Notes: a model not told the origin generated them from the letters alone. 64,000 bases of DNA from Candidatus Kapaibacterium sp. (GCA_963665665.1 OY762428.1:2255007-2319006), one strand, 5' to 3'. Counted from the first letter of the stretch, positions 41,962-52,499 are shown. Program-made: numbers and translations.

Positions 41962-42255
41962 ATGCAGCGTCCGGAATTACTCCCGGAAGAAGAAATTAAT
42001 TCTCATCTGATTTCCCGCCCGCTCTGGAAACATGAGGATAACCTTATATACAGGGACTTCGCCCTTGCCAATTTCACAGCCTGCATGGGCCTGGCAAATT
42101 CCGTAGCCATCCTTGCCGAAAAAATGGATCATCACCCGGAAATCAGGCTTTATGCCTGGAATAAAATCCGTTTTACCCTGATGACCCACGACAAAGGCGG
42201 TCTTACATCTCTTGATTTCCAACTGGCAAAGCAGATTGACGAGCTTGGTTTTTGA
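41962..42255 (+). CDS. phhB: 4a-hydroxytetrahydrobiopterin dehydratase (pterin-4a-carbinolamine dehydratase)
   Basis: 97 aa with the PCD signature ...WKHEDNLIYRDFALANFTACMGLANSVAILAEKMDHHPEIRLYAWNKIRFTLMTHD. Confidence 0.85.
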   Translation: MQRPELLPEEEINSHLISRPLWKHEDNLIYRDFALANFTACMGLANSVAILAEKMDHHPEIRLYAWNKIRFTLMTHDKGGLTSLDFQLAKQIDELGF

Positions 42256-42282
42256 TTCTTTGAAAACAAAGTTAAAAATGCT

Positions 42283-42305
42283 CTTTCGGATATCTTATCC
42301 GAAAG
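42283..42305 (+). terminator. terminator hairpin CTTTCGGATATCTTATCCGAAAG
   Basis: A perfect 9-bp stem 28 nt after the phhB stop. Confidence 0.5.
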
Positions 42306-42443
42306 GAGAACAGGATTGGGAAATCCTCTCCCTATTGTACGTAGGGACAGGGATTCACCGACGAGCTATGTAGGTTAAAATCTTTATCGTTCTTTAAAAA
42401 TTTATAGCAGATCCTTATGACGATAAACCATAAGCTACAATGC

Positions 42444-42534
42444 TGTCACTCTGAGCGAAGCGAAGAGTCCATTCTTCTGCAATGTTTGATTGAAAATATG
42501 GATTCTTCAGTCGATGCGCTCTTTCAGAATGACA
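42444..42534. repeat. inverted-repeat intergenic element (family copy B)
   Basis: gtcactctgagcgaagcgaagagtcc ... ggattcttcagtcgatgcgctctttcagaatgacac. Confidence 0.5.
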
Positions 42535-42654
42535 CTTTCGGATTTTTTCTCAAAAAATTGCTATAAATTTTCAATGCTGAGTAGGTACAAAAAATAGAAA
42601 AGTTTTTTTATATAATAATTCAGATATTTCCATTTTAATATTTTATTCAATTGA

Positions 42655-43947
<1,293 letters not shown>

Positions 43948-43980
43948 AATATATTTGTAAATATACAATTATACCTTTAT

Positions 43981-44003
43981 CCCCTCTTTTTTTTAAGGAG
44001 GGG
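43981..44003 (+). terminator. rho-independent terminator of eno
   Basis: Hairpin CCCCTCttttttttaaggaGGGG followed by AATTTTTT. Confidence 0.65.
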
Positions 44004-44036
44004 AATTTTTTATTCAATTTTCCGATATAAATAACA

Positions 44037-44807
44037 TTAGAAATTATTCTCAACATCAAATGAACTAACCAGGAAACCCGGGTTCAGCAGTGATTCTTTG
44101 TTGTAGATAAAACGTCTGCCACCGTTCTCAACCATACCGCCAGCTGCTTCCACAACACCCTGGCCTGCAGCAGTGTCCCATTCCATGGTAGGCCCTCCCC
44201 GGAAATACAGATGGGCTTTGCCCTCGGCCACCATACAGAATTTCAGTGAGCTGCCCCTGGAAATTGACTCAACAACATTAAATTTCGCAAGGAATTCCTT
44301 TTCTGCTTCGCCGGCATGGGAACGTGACTGAACGGCGATTATTCCTTCGCCTGTGTTCTGATTAACTTTTATCTCTTCCTTAACTCCTTTGGTTATTTTA
44401 AAAGCACCTTCTCCTTTTGTTCCAATATAAATATCATCCAATACTGGCGCTGATACTATACCAAATACCGGGTAACCGTCTTCTATCAGGGCAATATTCA
44501 CAGTAAATTCGCCGTTACGTTTTATAAATTCCTTTGTTCCGTCCAGAGGGTCAACCAGAAAGAAGCGTCTCCAATTCTTACGGTTTTCGTAGGGAATTTC
44601 CTTCTCTTCCTCTGAAATAATTGGAATATCCGGGTAGAATTCTCTTAAAGATTCAGTAATAACCTTATTTGAAGCTTTGTCGGCTTTTGTAAGCGGAGAG
44701 TTATCCGATTTCATCTCAACTCCGAAATCATCAGTATGGTAAATATCCATAATAGCTTTTCCGGCTTCAATAACTATCTCAATCATTTTATCATTGTCAA
44801 TCAGCAT
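44037..44807 (-). CDS. cysQ: 3'(2'),5'-bisphosphate nucleotidase / inositol monophosphatase family (CysQ-like)
   Basis: The IMPase-fold motifs DPLDGTKEF and WDTAAGQGVVEAAGG; 256 aa. Confidence 0.75.
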   Translation of the reverse strand: MLIDNDKMIEIVIEAGKAIMDIYHTDDFGVEMKSDNSPLTKADKASNKVITESLREFYPDIPIISEEEKEIPYENRKNWRRFFLVDPLDGTKEFIKRNGEFTVNIALIEDGYPVFGIVSAPVLDDIYIGTKGEGAFKITKGVKEEIKVNQNTGEGIIAVQSRSHAGEAEKEFLAKFNVVESISRGSSLKFCMVAEGKAHLYFRGGPTMEWDTAAGQGVVEAAGGMVENGGRRFIYNKESLLNPGFLVSSFDVENNF

Positions 44808-44993
44808 TTTTCATTTCCATTATTAATAAAGAACAAAATTAAACAATAAGAAACACTTTTATCGATCTTTATCATAAGAATTTTACCTTATCCGGCAGAA
44901 ACAGTATTTTTTTAACTTTGTGAAAACTTAAAAAAATTTTATTTTTATAATGGATAATTTATATAATTATTTAATCATACAGGGAGAAACCAA

Positions 44994-45671
44994 ATGCTGA
45001 AAGTTACATACCTTAGCCACTCTGCTTTTATGCTTGACGACGGAGAGAACAAAGTTCTGATCGATCCGTTTATTACCGGAAACCCGGTTGCTCCGGTACA
45101 AGCCGATAACATTGATGCCGAATTTATTGTGCTTACTCATGGACATGGCGACCACCTTGGGGACGGGTTTGATATTGCTAAAAGAAATAACGGAACGATA
45201 ATAGCTGTAAACGAACTTGCTAATTTTGCTGCCGAAAATGGTATTAACGCACATAACATGCATATAGGCGGCGCATATAATTTTCCTTTTGGCAGGGTAA
45301 AGTTTACAATTGCTCATCATGGTTCTGCCAATAACGAAGGACGTTATATGGGCCCCGCATCAGGTGTGGTTATAACTATGGGCGGAAAAACTATTTATCA
45401 TGCCGGCGACACCGGACTATTCCTTGATATGAAACTTATCGGCGAACTTGATAAAATTGACCTTTTCATGGCTCCCATTGGCGATAACTTTACAATGGGT
45501 ATTGATGATGCCGTAAAGGCCACAGAATTTGTGAATCCCGGAATGGCTGTACCTATACATTACAATACATTCCCTGTTATTCCTGCTGATCCTGAAGAGT
45601 TTAAAAGGAAAGTGGAATCTATAGGCAAAAAATGCAAAGTGATGGAATTTGGCGAAACAATAGAGTTGTAA
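44994..45671 (+). CDS. MBL-fold metal-dependent hydrolase (UPF0173-type)
   Basis: The HGHGDH motif is present and the N-terminus MLKVTYLSHSAFML is typical of UPF0173/YtkL-like hydrolases. Confidence 0.8.
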   Translation: MLKVTYLSHSAFMLDDGENKVLIDPFITGNPVAPVQADNIDAEFIVLTHGHGDHLGDGFDIAKRNNGTIIAVNELANFAAENGINAHNMHIGGAYNFPFGRVKFTIAHHGSANNEGRYMGPASGVVITMGGKTIYHAGDTGLFLDMKLIGELDKIDLFMAPIGDNFTMGIDDAVKATEFVNPGMAVPIHYNTFPVIPADPEEFKRKVESIGKKCKVMEFGETIEL

Positions 45672-45713
45672 ATAATTTAATAATTTCTTCTTGTTTGAAA
45701 ATTATGAAAAGCG

Positions 45714-45822
45714 GTCATTCTGATGGAACGAAGCGACCGAAGAATCCATACTATAATATTTTGGCCAGGAATAATATAAACTCGCAGGAATACTGGATTC
45801 TTCGCTTCGCTCAAAATGACAG
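45714..45822. repeat. inverted-repeat intergenic element (family copy C)
   Basis: gtcattctgatggaacgaagcgaccgaagaatcc ... ggattcttcgcttcgctcaaaatgacag. Confidence 0.5.
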
Positions 45823-45926
45823 ATGTAAATTAAATGTTGAGTAATACATTTTTTAAATATTATAACAAAAAATGTCCGGCTTATTCAAAATATAAACCGG
45901 ACATTATATTATTTAATTTTTAGATA

Positions 45927-46652
45927 TTATTCAGCCTGGTGAACGTCGCCGCTGCCTTTTATATCAACATAAACATTCTGCGGTTTTCCGGTATAATAAA
46001 CATCTCCGCTACCGTAGATTTTAACGCTCAGGTCTTCCTTAACATTCAGCCTGCAATTACCTGAACCATATATTTCTATATCAGATATTTTCGTTGTAAA
46101 GTCGGTTAATTTAAAATCACCTGACCCTTTAATTTCAAATTTTGTTTTTTCGGCTTTGCCCTTAACTGATATATCACCTGAGCCAAGAATTTCGCCTTTC
46201 AATTTCTCAGATTCAATCTCCATAGCAATATCACCTGACCCTTTGATAACCAGGGCAATAAGATCTGTTTTTATTGGCGTTTCTCCTACAATATCACCGG
46301 ATCCCTTGATCATAATGCCTTCATAATCAGGAGATGTAACGTAAACATCAAATCTTGAAGGGCAAATTGAACCAACGGAAGAAATAATAAGTGTACTACC
46401 GGAAACCTCTGTTGTTACCTGTTCGATAATATTATCATCGGTAACAACTTTTACTTTAGTTTCATTTCCCTGGCTTACAAAAATATTTGAAGAACCTTTA
46501 AGGACAATTTTATTAAATTGGTTCACATCCCTGTATTCTTCAACAATTTTCTCGGAACCCTGAACACAGTTAAGGCAGGTATTGAAACATGAAGTCATTG
46601 TGAATGAAAGAATTAAAGCTGATATTATAATAACTGGTTTGAAAATTTTCAT
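45927..46652 (-). CDS. putative lipoprotein with head-GIN/DUF2807-DUF4097-like beta-helical repeats
   Basis: Lipoprotein-type signal MKIFKPVIIISALILSFTMTSC. There are at least seven repeats of the IKGSGDI / IYGSGD motif. The track start lies further upstream (46691); the ATG at 46652 gives the signal peptide. Confidence 0.55.
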   Translation of the reverse strand: MKIFKPVIIISALILSFTMTSCFNTCLNCVQGSEKIVEEYRDVNQFNKIVLKGSSNIFVSQGNETKVKVVTDDNIIEQVTTEVSGSTLIISSVGSICPSRFDVYVTSPDYEGIMIKGSGDIVGETPIKTDLIALVIKGSGDIAMEIESEKLKGEILGSGDISVKGKAEKTKFEIKGSGDFKLTDFTTKISDIEIYGSGNCRLNVKEDLSVKIYGSGDVYYTGKPQNVYVDIKGSGDVHQAE

Positions 46653-46769
46653 ATAAAAACTCCGATTTTTGATATTATCCATCATTTTCATTACGCAAAA
46701 TATCTTATAAAGTTTCGTAATATTTTAATAAGTTGAAATATTAAAATTATAGCAGGAATTGAATAAGTA

Positions 46770-48332
46770 ATGACAAATAATGTTATCAATCTGAAGAAAA
46801 AGATAAAAGATTTTAAAACCGAAGGAATCAAATTTTCCGTATCAGGCAGGGAAATTCTGCCATATTATGATATAATTGATTTTCTAAAAATATATTATCC
46901 GTTTATTAATTTGAAACAGATAGAAAGTTCATTTGGCAGTACATATATACCCTCTGATTTGTATGGCGGAAGGAAGTATAACCCTGAAAAATCATTTACT
47001 GACGGGCATATTGCAAAATTGGCTGAGAATAATATTAACTTATCTTTAACACTTACCAATCATTACTTTTCTCCGGATATTTACGAAAAAAGTAAATATT
47101 TACTTGAGAAATACCATAAAGCCGGCAATTCAGTAATATGTGTAAATGATGAACTTGCAAAACAGATAAGGATTGATTTCCCGAAATATCAGCTCAGGGC
47201 AAGTATTATTAAAAATATAAATACTTTGAAAAAAGTTGAGGAAAATCTGGAAATATATGATTTTATTGTGATACCCATGGATAAAAATGACGATGATGAA
47301 TTTTTGAAAAGCCTGCCGGAAAAGAAAAAAATTATGCTTTTTGCCAATGCATCATGCGCTTATTCATGCCCGACAAGAACCTGCTATAAAGGATTTTCGG
47401 AGGTAAATAGAGGTGGCGATCAGGTAAATCTTTGCTCAAGAAATAAAGTTGACAGATTGAACATGGGGCTTGTATTTTTTGATGTGCTGAAATTCAGGGA
47501 TATGGGATTTGATTATTTTAAACTTGTTCCTTTGAAACAATATAAAACTAATGATGTAATAAAATTTTACAGCGAAAAAAGACTAAAACAAAAAATTAAT
47601 TTTAATGAAAAAAACATGTTTTATTTGTGTTCATTCCCAAAATCCGGGAGGACATGGCTGCGCTTTATACTGGCAAATTATATTAATCTATATTTTAAAA
47701 CCGACGAAAAAATTAACCTTAACAATATGTTTGAATTCATTCCTAATAATATTTACGGAGGGCAAAAAGGTTTTGCCAGATTCAGATATTATAACAGGCC
47801 GGAAATACCACTAATTTTATCTACCCATGAGAAATACAATCCGAATATTTTCAGTGAAAAAAGAATAATATTTTTAAAAAGGAACCCTTTGGATACGATA
47901 GTATCATACTATTTTCATATTAAAAATGATCCGGGATATCGGGGAAATATAAGCGAATTTATAAGAGATAAAAAATTTGGTATCAGGTATCTGAAAAGAT
48001 ACTATAAATTATGGGAAAAAAATCTGAATAATGAAAGTCTTATTATAAGCTATGAGGATATGATAGATGATATTGAATCTGTTATCATCAATGTTTTGAA
48101 TTTTATTAATATTCAGGTTGATAATGAAATATTGAAGGAATCAATTAACAATTCTGATATTAATAATATGAGAAATTCAGAAAATCTGGTTAAAATCCCT
48201 GACATGAATGAAAGTGCCGTCAGGGTAAGAAAAGGAAAGACAAATAATTACATGAATTATTTGTCTGAAGAGGATATTAAATATTGTAATGATATTTTAG
48301 ATGTAAAATTACATAAACTATTGGAAAAATAG
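46770..48332 (+). CDS. two-domain protein: unknown Cys-containing N-terminal domain fused to PAPS-type sulfotransferase
   Basis: The C-terminal half carries the 5'-PSB motif FPKSGRTWLRFIL and the 3'-PB motif LKRNPLDTIVSYYFH. The N-terminal roughly 270 aa (..ANASCAYSCPTRTCYKG..) has no recognisable family. The gene converges on the lasso precursor gene. Confidence 0.65.
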   Translation: MTNNVINLKKKIKDFKTEGIKFSVSGREILPYYDIIDFLKIYYPFINLKQIESSFGSTYIPSDLYGGRKYNPEKSFTDGHIAKLAENNINLSLTLTNHYFSPDIYEKSKYLLEKYHKAGNSVICVNDELAKQIRIDFPKYQLRASIIKNINTLKKVEENLEIYDFIVIPMDKNDDDEFLKSLPEKKKIMLFANASCAYSCPTRTCYKGFSEVNRGGDQVNLCSRNKVDRLNMGLVFFDVLKFRDMGFDYFKLVPLKQYKTNDVIKFYSEKRLKQKINFNEKNMFYLCSFPKSGRTWLRFILANYINLYFKTDEKINLNNMFEFIPNNIYGGQKGFARFRYYNRPEIPLILSTHEKYNPNIFSEKRIIFLKRNPLDTIVSYYFHIKNDPGYRGNISEFIRDKKFGIRYLKRYYKLWEKNLNNESLIISYEDMIDDIESVIINVLNFINIQVDNEILKESINNSDINNMRNSENLVKIPDMNESAVRVRKGKTNNYMNYLSEEDIKYCNDILDVKLHKLLEK

Positions 48333-48344
48333 TTATTATGATAT

Positions 48345-48470
48345 CTAAGAAGTATGATAAGTATCGCTTTCGCCATCAGTTTCAGGTGGTGAAGAAATAT
48401 TTCCATCAGTATCGCTTGAATCAAAATCAATTACCTGTGGCTTTTTCCATTCTTTTTTATTGTCTTTCAT
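48345..48470 (-). CDS. lasso peptide precursor (A) - 41 aa, not in ORF track
   Basis: Manual translation of the minus strand gives MKDNKKEWKKPQVIDFDSSDTD/GNISSPPETDGESDTYHTS. There is a Lys-rich leader with Thr at -2, a core starting with Gly, Glu at core position 8, and a C-terminal ...YHTS. Compare my recollection of the paeninodin precursor, MKKQYSKPSLEVLDVHQTM-AGPGTSTPDAFQPDPDEDVHYDS. The ORF lies 70 bp downstream of the cyclase gene on the same strand. Confidence 0.6.
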   Translation of the reverse strand: MKDNKKEWKKPQVIDFDSSDTDGNISSPPETDGESDTYHTS

Positions 48471-48540
48471 AATCAATTCTTTTTTTTTAAATATATATCA
48501 ACTTAATCTGGATATAATATACTTAATTGTACAGTTAAAT

Positions 48541-50490
48541 TCAAATTTCTATTTGTTCAATAAATTTAATAGTAGCTATAGTATGCAGAATCAGCTTTGT
48601 TGTTTTTGAAAACAGATCCTGAGTATATTTCTCTGATTTTATATTCTCAAGAGTTTCTGATATTTTATTCTTATCGAATCGAATAATTCCATCATTGCTA
48701 TATGTATTAATAACTTTTTCAGTCCTGTTCATATCCAGTAAAACGCGATATGAAAGATCCTTTGCCTGCTTGCCGCGTTTGGTATTGCTAAGAACTTTTT
48801 CGGGCAATTTTCCTTTCATAGCGCTTCTGATGAGATAACGTCCGATACCTTCGTGTTTGAATAATCCAGCAGGTATTTGTTTTGTAAATTCGCTAACGCG
48901 CCTATCGTTTGTGGCATCCCTGGTTTCAATTTTATTTATTAAATTATAATCAATATTACTATTAGATCCTGTATTGGATATATGTTTTTCAAGTACTTTC
49001 CTGTTTTCGAAATTATTCAATTTATTATTTCTGTATTTAATAGCAGATTTGGCTTTTAACTGGTTCAGATGTTTATCTATTAATTCGAATCTGTTCAGCG
49101 TTTCTTCGCAAAATGGAATCAGGTGATCCCTGCCAAGAGATTCATGTAATTTTTTCGGGAAAAGACCTGAAAGCTTTGTTTTAGTTATTTTGCGAATACT
49201 TCCTAAAGATGTTGTAAACAACGATTTATTTGTATGCCGGGATTCAGACTTCCATTCTGAAAATAATTCTATCAATTTATATTGTCTCAGCAGATCATGA
49301 TAAAGGCCTGCGCCTGTTCTGGAAATTGTTAAATTACCGGCCTGGCCGTTAAGAAGCACATTAACATTATCCCCGGCTGCAAGCTGCAATATCCGCCAAT
49401 GCCAGAAGCCGTTTTGAAAGTTAGAAGTGAATAGTTTGTTATATTTCAAGTCAATATCTATCGCGTCAATAGGGTAGAAATCCTTAGCGTTAACAAAGTT
49501 GTGAGCAATATCATCGGGATACATATCCAGGATGGATTGAACATAAGGGGTTTCATCAGAAATCGACTTGATTTTCGGGCATTTATCAGGGTAAGCCGGA
49601 ACAGAAGAATAGGAATATATCTTTTTCCCTTTTTTTCTTAGTTGATCAATTGCCAGTACAGTTGAAGAACTTGAATCCAGGCCTCCGCTCAGGTTAGAGC
49701 CTGTCCTTCCTTTTGTGCTAATTCTTTTAGATACAGCGTCGCTGTATATATCAAGAAAATGTTCAATATAATCATCGTTATTTTTATAATTGATCGGAGA
49801 TAAATTTTCCGGTTTCCACCAGCGTTCTTTTTTTTCTAATCCTGAAGAAGAGAAAATATAATTGTGGAATCTATTAATATTGAAAATATTTGTATAAAAT
49901 GTATCCTCATCGCCGGATTTAACCTGAAATGGCAGCATTCTGCAAATAAGATGTTCATAATTGACTTCGGGAGTAAAATCCGGTAGTTTAAAAAATGCTG
50001 TTATTGTTGAAGAAAAGTAAATTGCTTTCGATGTTTCATAATAATACAATGGATAAATGCCGCTATGCCCTGATAATATAATTATTTTCCTGTCCTGTTT
50101 GTCCCAAATCAGCGGCATTAAATCACCAAAGATATGATTGTTTGTATCAAATTCCCATTTTTCGAAAGCATGAAGATAAAGACTGATATCGGACAATTTA
50201 TCTATATCTGTTTTTCCGGCAAGGCCCAAAGAATTTATTAGATCATCCCTGTTGTCAATCCTCATTCTCCCGGCGCCGATATACCTCCCGGACGGAGATT
50301 TAACAGGTTGTTCTTCTATCGGATTTTCAGTAAGTATGTCAATGTTCATCTGCACGAGAGCAAAGTTCCCGTCAGTAAAATAGTTATAGCTGTCGTATTG
50401 AACATCATCATAAGCAGATCTCATTTTTTCCAGTATATCAATATCAGCCGGGCTGATATCCTTATTAAAAAAAGCAATTGTGATAGTCAT
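48541..50490 (-). CDS. lasso peptide cyclase (C protein), asparagine synthetase B homologue
   Basis: PP-loop SGGLDSSSS, a length of about 650 aa, and an Asn-synthase-like N-terminal domain. The gene abuts B2 and B1. Confidence 0.8.
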   Translation of the reverse strand: MTITIAFFNKDISPADIDILEKMRSAYDDVQYDSYNYFTDGNFALVQMNIDILTENPIEEQPVKSPSGRYIGAGRMRIDNRDDLINSLGLAGKTDIDKLSDISLYLHAFEKWEFDTNNHIFGDLMPLIWDKQDRKIIILSGHSGIYPLYYYETSKAIYFSSTITAFFKLPDFTPEVNYEHLICRMLPFQVKSGDEDTFYTNIFNINRFHNYIFSSSGLEKKERWWKPENLSPINYKNNDDYIEHFLDIYSDAVSKRISTKGRTGSNLSGGLDSSSSTVLAIDQLRKKGKKIYSYSSVPAYPDKCPKIKSISDETPYVQSILDMYPDDIAHNFVNAKDFYPIDAIDIDLKYNKLFTSNFQNGFWHWRILQLAAGDNVNVLLNGQAGNLTISRTGAGLYHDLLRQYKLIELFSEWKSESRHTNKSLFTTSLGSIRKITKTKLSGLFPKKLHESLGRDHLIPFCEETLNRFELIDKHLNQLKAKSAIKYRNNKLNNFENRKVLEKHISNTGSNSNIDYNLINKIETRDATNDRRVSEFTKQIPAGLFKHEGIGRYLIRSAMKGKLPEKVLSNTKRGKQAKDLSYRVLLDMNRTEKVINTYSNDGIIRFDKNKISETLENIKSEKYTQDLFSKTTKLILHTIATIKFIEQIEI

Positions 50491-50495
50491 ATTTA

Positions 50496-50825
50496 TCAGC
50501 TAAAGTATTCTACAACGGTGAATTGCCTCATGCCCTCGCGTCCGGTAACAATTCTGTTGCCGGAGCGGAGCCATGCATGAGCTTTCATTTTTTGATCATT
50601 ATCTTTCGCCACGCCAAAGTAGATGGTTGATTTTATTTTTCTTCTGCCAAGCATCCATTTTACGGTTAATGCTTTGTCATAGCATTTGGATTCCCAGGGA
50701 GATTCACGAAAGGCGCGATTTGCCGCCCTGTTTACTTTCATAATAATATTCTTTTCCTGAGCATTTAATTCCATTTTTTCGCTTTCTTTCCTTTTCTTTC
50801 CAATAAGGAAGGAATAGTATCTCAT
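50496..50825 (-). CDS. lasso peptide biosynthesis B2 protein (transglutaminase-like leader peptidase)
   Basis: ...WESKCYDKALTVKWMLGRRKIKSTIYFGVAKD....KAHAWLRSGNRIV shows the Cys/His (HAW) core of McjB-type B2 proteases. The track start is TTG; an ATG lies at 50825. Confidence 0.8.
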   Translation of the reverse strand: MRYYSFLIGKKRKESEKMELNAQEKNIIMKVNRAANRAFRESPWESKCYDKALTVKWMLGRRKIKSTIYFGVAKDNDQKMKAHAWLRSGNRIVTGREGMRQFTVVEYFS

Positions 50826-50938
50826 AGGCAGCAAAAGAATAATTACTCTGGCAAAAGCATCATTTATAAGGGCTTCGATAAATAGTAATTTATCTTCAAA
50901 AAGGAAGCCGTAGAAATTCCTTATTTTCCTAAAAATTT

Positions 50939-51220
50939 TCAGGACTTCACATCAATAAGTTTCATTTTTACGAGTTTTTCCAGAAATTCCGTTGTGTCTT
51001 TTTCGCATACTTCCCTGTCGATATTATATTCTTCGAGTAGTTTATTTACCAGGTCGCCAAAGCTTATTTCATTTTCAATTTTTGCCCATATTACTGATCC
51101 AATCTCGTCGAAACCATAGTATTTGCTGGTTTCTACGCTCATCATTACAGTCTGGTTGTCAATCTCGCTGCTGATAAAATCATCTTTCCTGATGATTATT
51201 GTATTGCCTGTTATTTCCAT
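50939..51220 (-). CDS. lasso peptide biosynthesis B1 protein (PqqD-like RiPP recognition element)
   Basis: 93 aa with the PqqD-family pattern ...SKYYGFDEIGSVIWAKIENEISFGDLVNKLLEEYNIDREVCEKDTTEFLEKLVKMKLI. Confidence 0.75.
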   Translation of the reverse strand: MEITGNTIIIRKDDFISSEIDNQTVMMSVETSKYYGFDEIGSVIWAKIENEISFGDLVNKLLEEYNIDREVCEKDTTEFLEKLVKMKLIDVKS

Positions 51221-51251
51221 GATATTTATCTATATGTTAATAAATGATAAA

Positions 51252-51301
51252 ATTCTTTACATAAGGAACGAACTCTGATAAGAAAACACGATTTTCTTTA
51301 C
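51252..51301. repeat. direct repeat copy (32-bp unit AACTCTGATAAGAAAACACGATTTTCTTTACA plus partial unit) downstream of Fic gene
   Basis: One full unit plus the preceding partial unit ttctttaca-taaggaacg are identical to the spacers in the 52383-52496 array. Confidence 0.7.
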
Positions 51302-51313
51302 AAAGAATAAAAA

Positions 51314-52375
51314 CTATCCGATTTTCAATAATTCCATCAATTTTTCATTGACATAATAATTCCCTGTGCCAAGCCGGTGTTTTGTCAGCAGGCCGTCATT
51401 TGCCATCTCGTTTAAATATTTTGCGGCGGTTATTCTTGATACTCCTAGATCTGTTTCAAGGAATTCAATTTTCGTATAAGGATGTTTGAATAAATTGTTC
51501 AGTAAATCCTGGCTGTAGAATTTATATTTTGAACGTATAATATTTTTATATTCAAATATCAATTCCCGGATATTTTTTATTAATACTATTGTTTCCAGGG
51601 AAGTTTGTTCAACACATTCAAGGATATAAATCAGCCAGTTTTCAAAAATATTGCTTTGCCTGACATCCTGTAACAGATTGTAATAATGTTCTTTGTTTAA
51701 TATAATATATCTGCTATGGTACAAGATCGGTAATTTTAATAGGTCTTTCAGAACAAGATATAACACATTCAATATTCTTCCTGTTCTGCCATTTCCATCA
51801 TAAAACGGATGAATGCTTTCGAATTGATAATGTATTATTGCCATTTTTACCAAAGGATCCAAATCAGAAATCGAATCGTCATTGATGAAGAGTTCAAGAT
51901 TTGACATAAGCTCAAGAATTTCATTCGGATCCTGGGGCGGAGTATAAACTATGTCTCCACTTGTATCATTTTTCAGCACAGTTCCCGGTACTTTCCTGAA
52001 ACCGGCAGAATTTTTTTCAAGTTCCTCCTGAATTTCAAGAATGGTATTTCTTGTTATCATCCCGCTTTCAGAAACCAGGGCAAAACCTTTCTTAAGCGCC
52101 GAACCGTAGTTTTGAACTTCTTTTGCGTTAAGGGAATCAAAACCGTCAAGATTCAGTTCGGATTTATACAGGTCATCGTGTGTTGTGATGATATTTTCTA
52201 TTGCCGAACTGTCTTTTGCTTCCTGAAGCCCCAGAGTATTTATTAAAATATTCTCATTGGGAATTGTTGTTGAAATACCTTTCAATTCGGCGAGCGCTCT
52301 GTGAGCAGAAGAAAGTTTTTTGAGAACTTTTACAGTCTCCAGTTCTACTTTATTATATGGTAATTTCTGTATCAT
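51314..52375 (-). CDS. Fic/Doc family protein (Fic_N + Fic core + C-terminal winged-helix)
   Basis: Fic motif HPFYDGNGRTGR and N-terminal Fic_N pattern (MIQKLPYNKVELETVKVLKKLSSAHRALAELKG). The first 16 codons of the track ORF start at TTG and are simply a translation of the upstream repeat array, so the start was moved to the ATG at 52375. Confidence 0.85.
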   Translation of the reverse strand: MIQKLPYNKVELETVKVLKKLSSAHRALAELKGISTTIPNENILINTLGLQEAKDSSAIENIITTHDDLYKSELNLDGFDSLNAKEVQNYGSALKKGFALVSESGMITRNTILEIQEELEKNSAGFRKVPGTVLKNDTSGDIVYTPPQDPNEILELMSNLELFINDDSISDLDPLVKMAIIHYQFESIHPFYDGNGRTGRILNVLYLVLKDLLKLPILYHSRYIILNKEHYYNLLQDVRQSNIFENWLIYILECVEQTSLETIVLIKNIRELIFEYKNIIRSKYKFYSQDLLNNLFKHPYTKIEFLETDLGVSRITAAKYLNEMANDGLLTKHRLGTGNYYVNEKLMELLKIG

Positions 52376-52382
52376 AATTTCA

Positions 52383-52496
52383 AACTCTGATAAGAAAACA
52401 CGATTTTCTTTACAAAGATACAAAACTCTGATAAGAAAACACGATTTTCTTTACATAAGGAACGAACTCTGATAAGAAAACACGATTTTCTTTACA
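52383..52496. repeat. three tandem direct copies of 32-bp unit AACTCTGATAAGAAAACACGATTTTCTTTACA with 9-bp spacers
   Basis: Exact copies at 52383-52414, 52424-52455 and 52465-52496. Each contains the dyad AGAAAA-n5-TTTTCT. The array lies immediately upstream of the Fic gene, between it and the sulfotransferase gene. Confidence 0.8.
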
Positions 52497-52499
52497 TAG

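Noticed and set aside
51221-51313. Searching the B1-Fic and Fic-sulfotransferase gaps for the lasso precursor
   Set aside because: Translating all three minus-strand frames of the repeat regions gives only stop-interrupted fragments. The precursor was instead found downstream of the cyclase at 48345-48470.
52376-52423. N-terminal 16 residues MYLCKENRVFLSEFEI of the track Fic ORF
   Set aside because: They begin at a TTG and are simply the translation of the 32-bp tandem repeat. The Fic_N domain begins at the internal ATG (MIQKLPYNK)..
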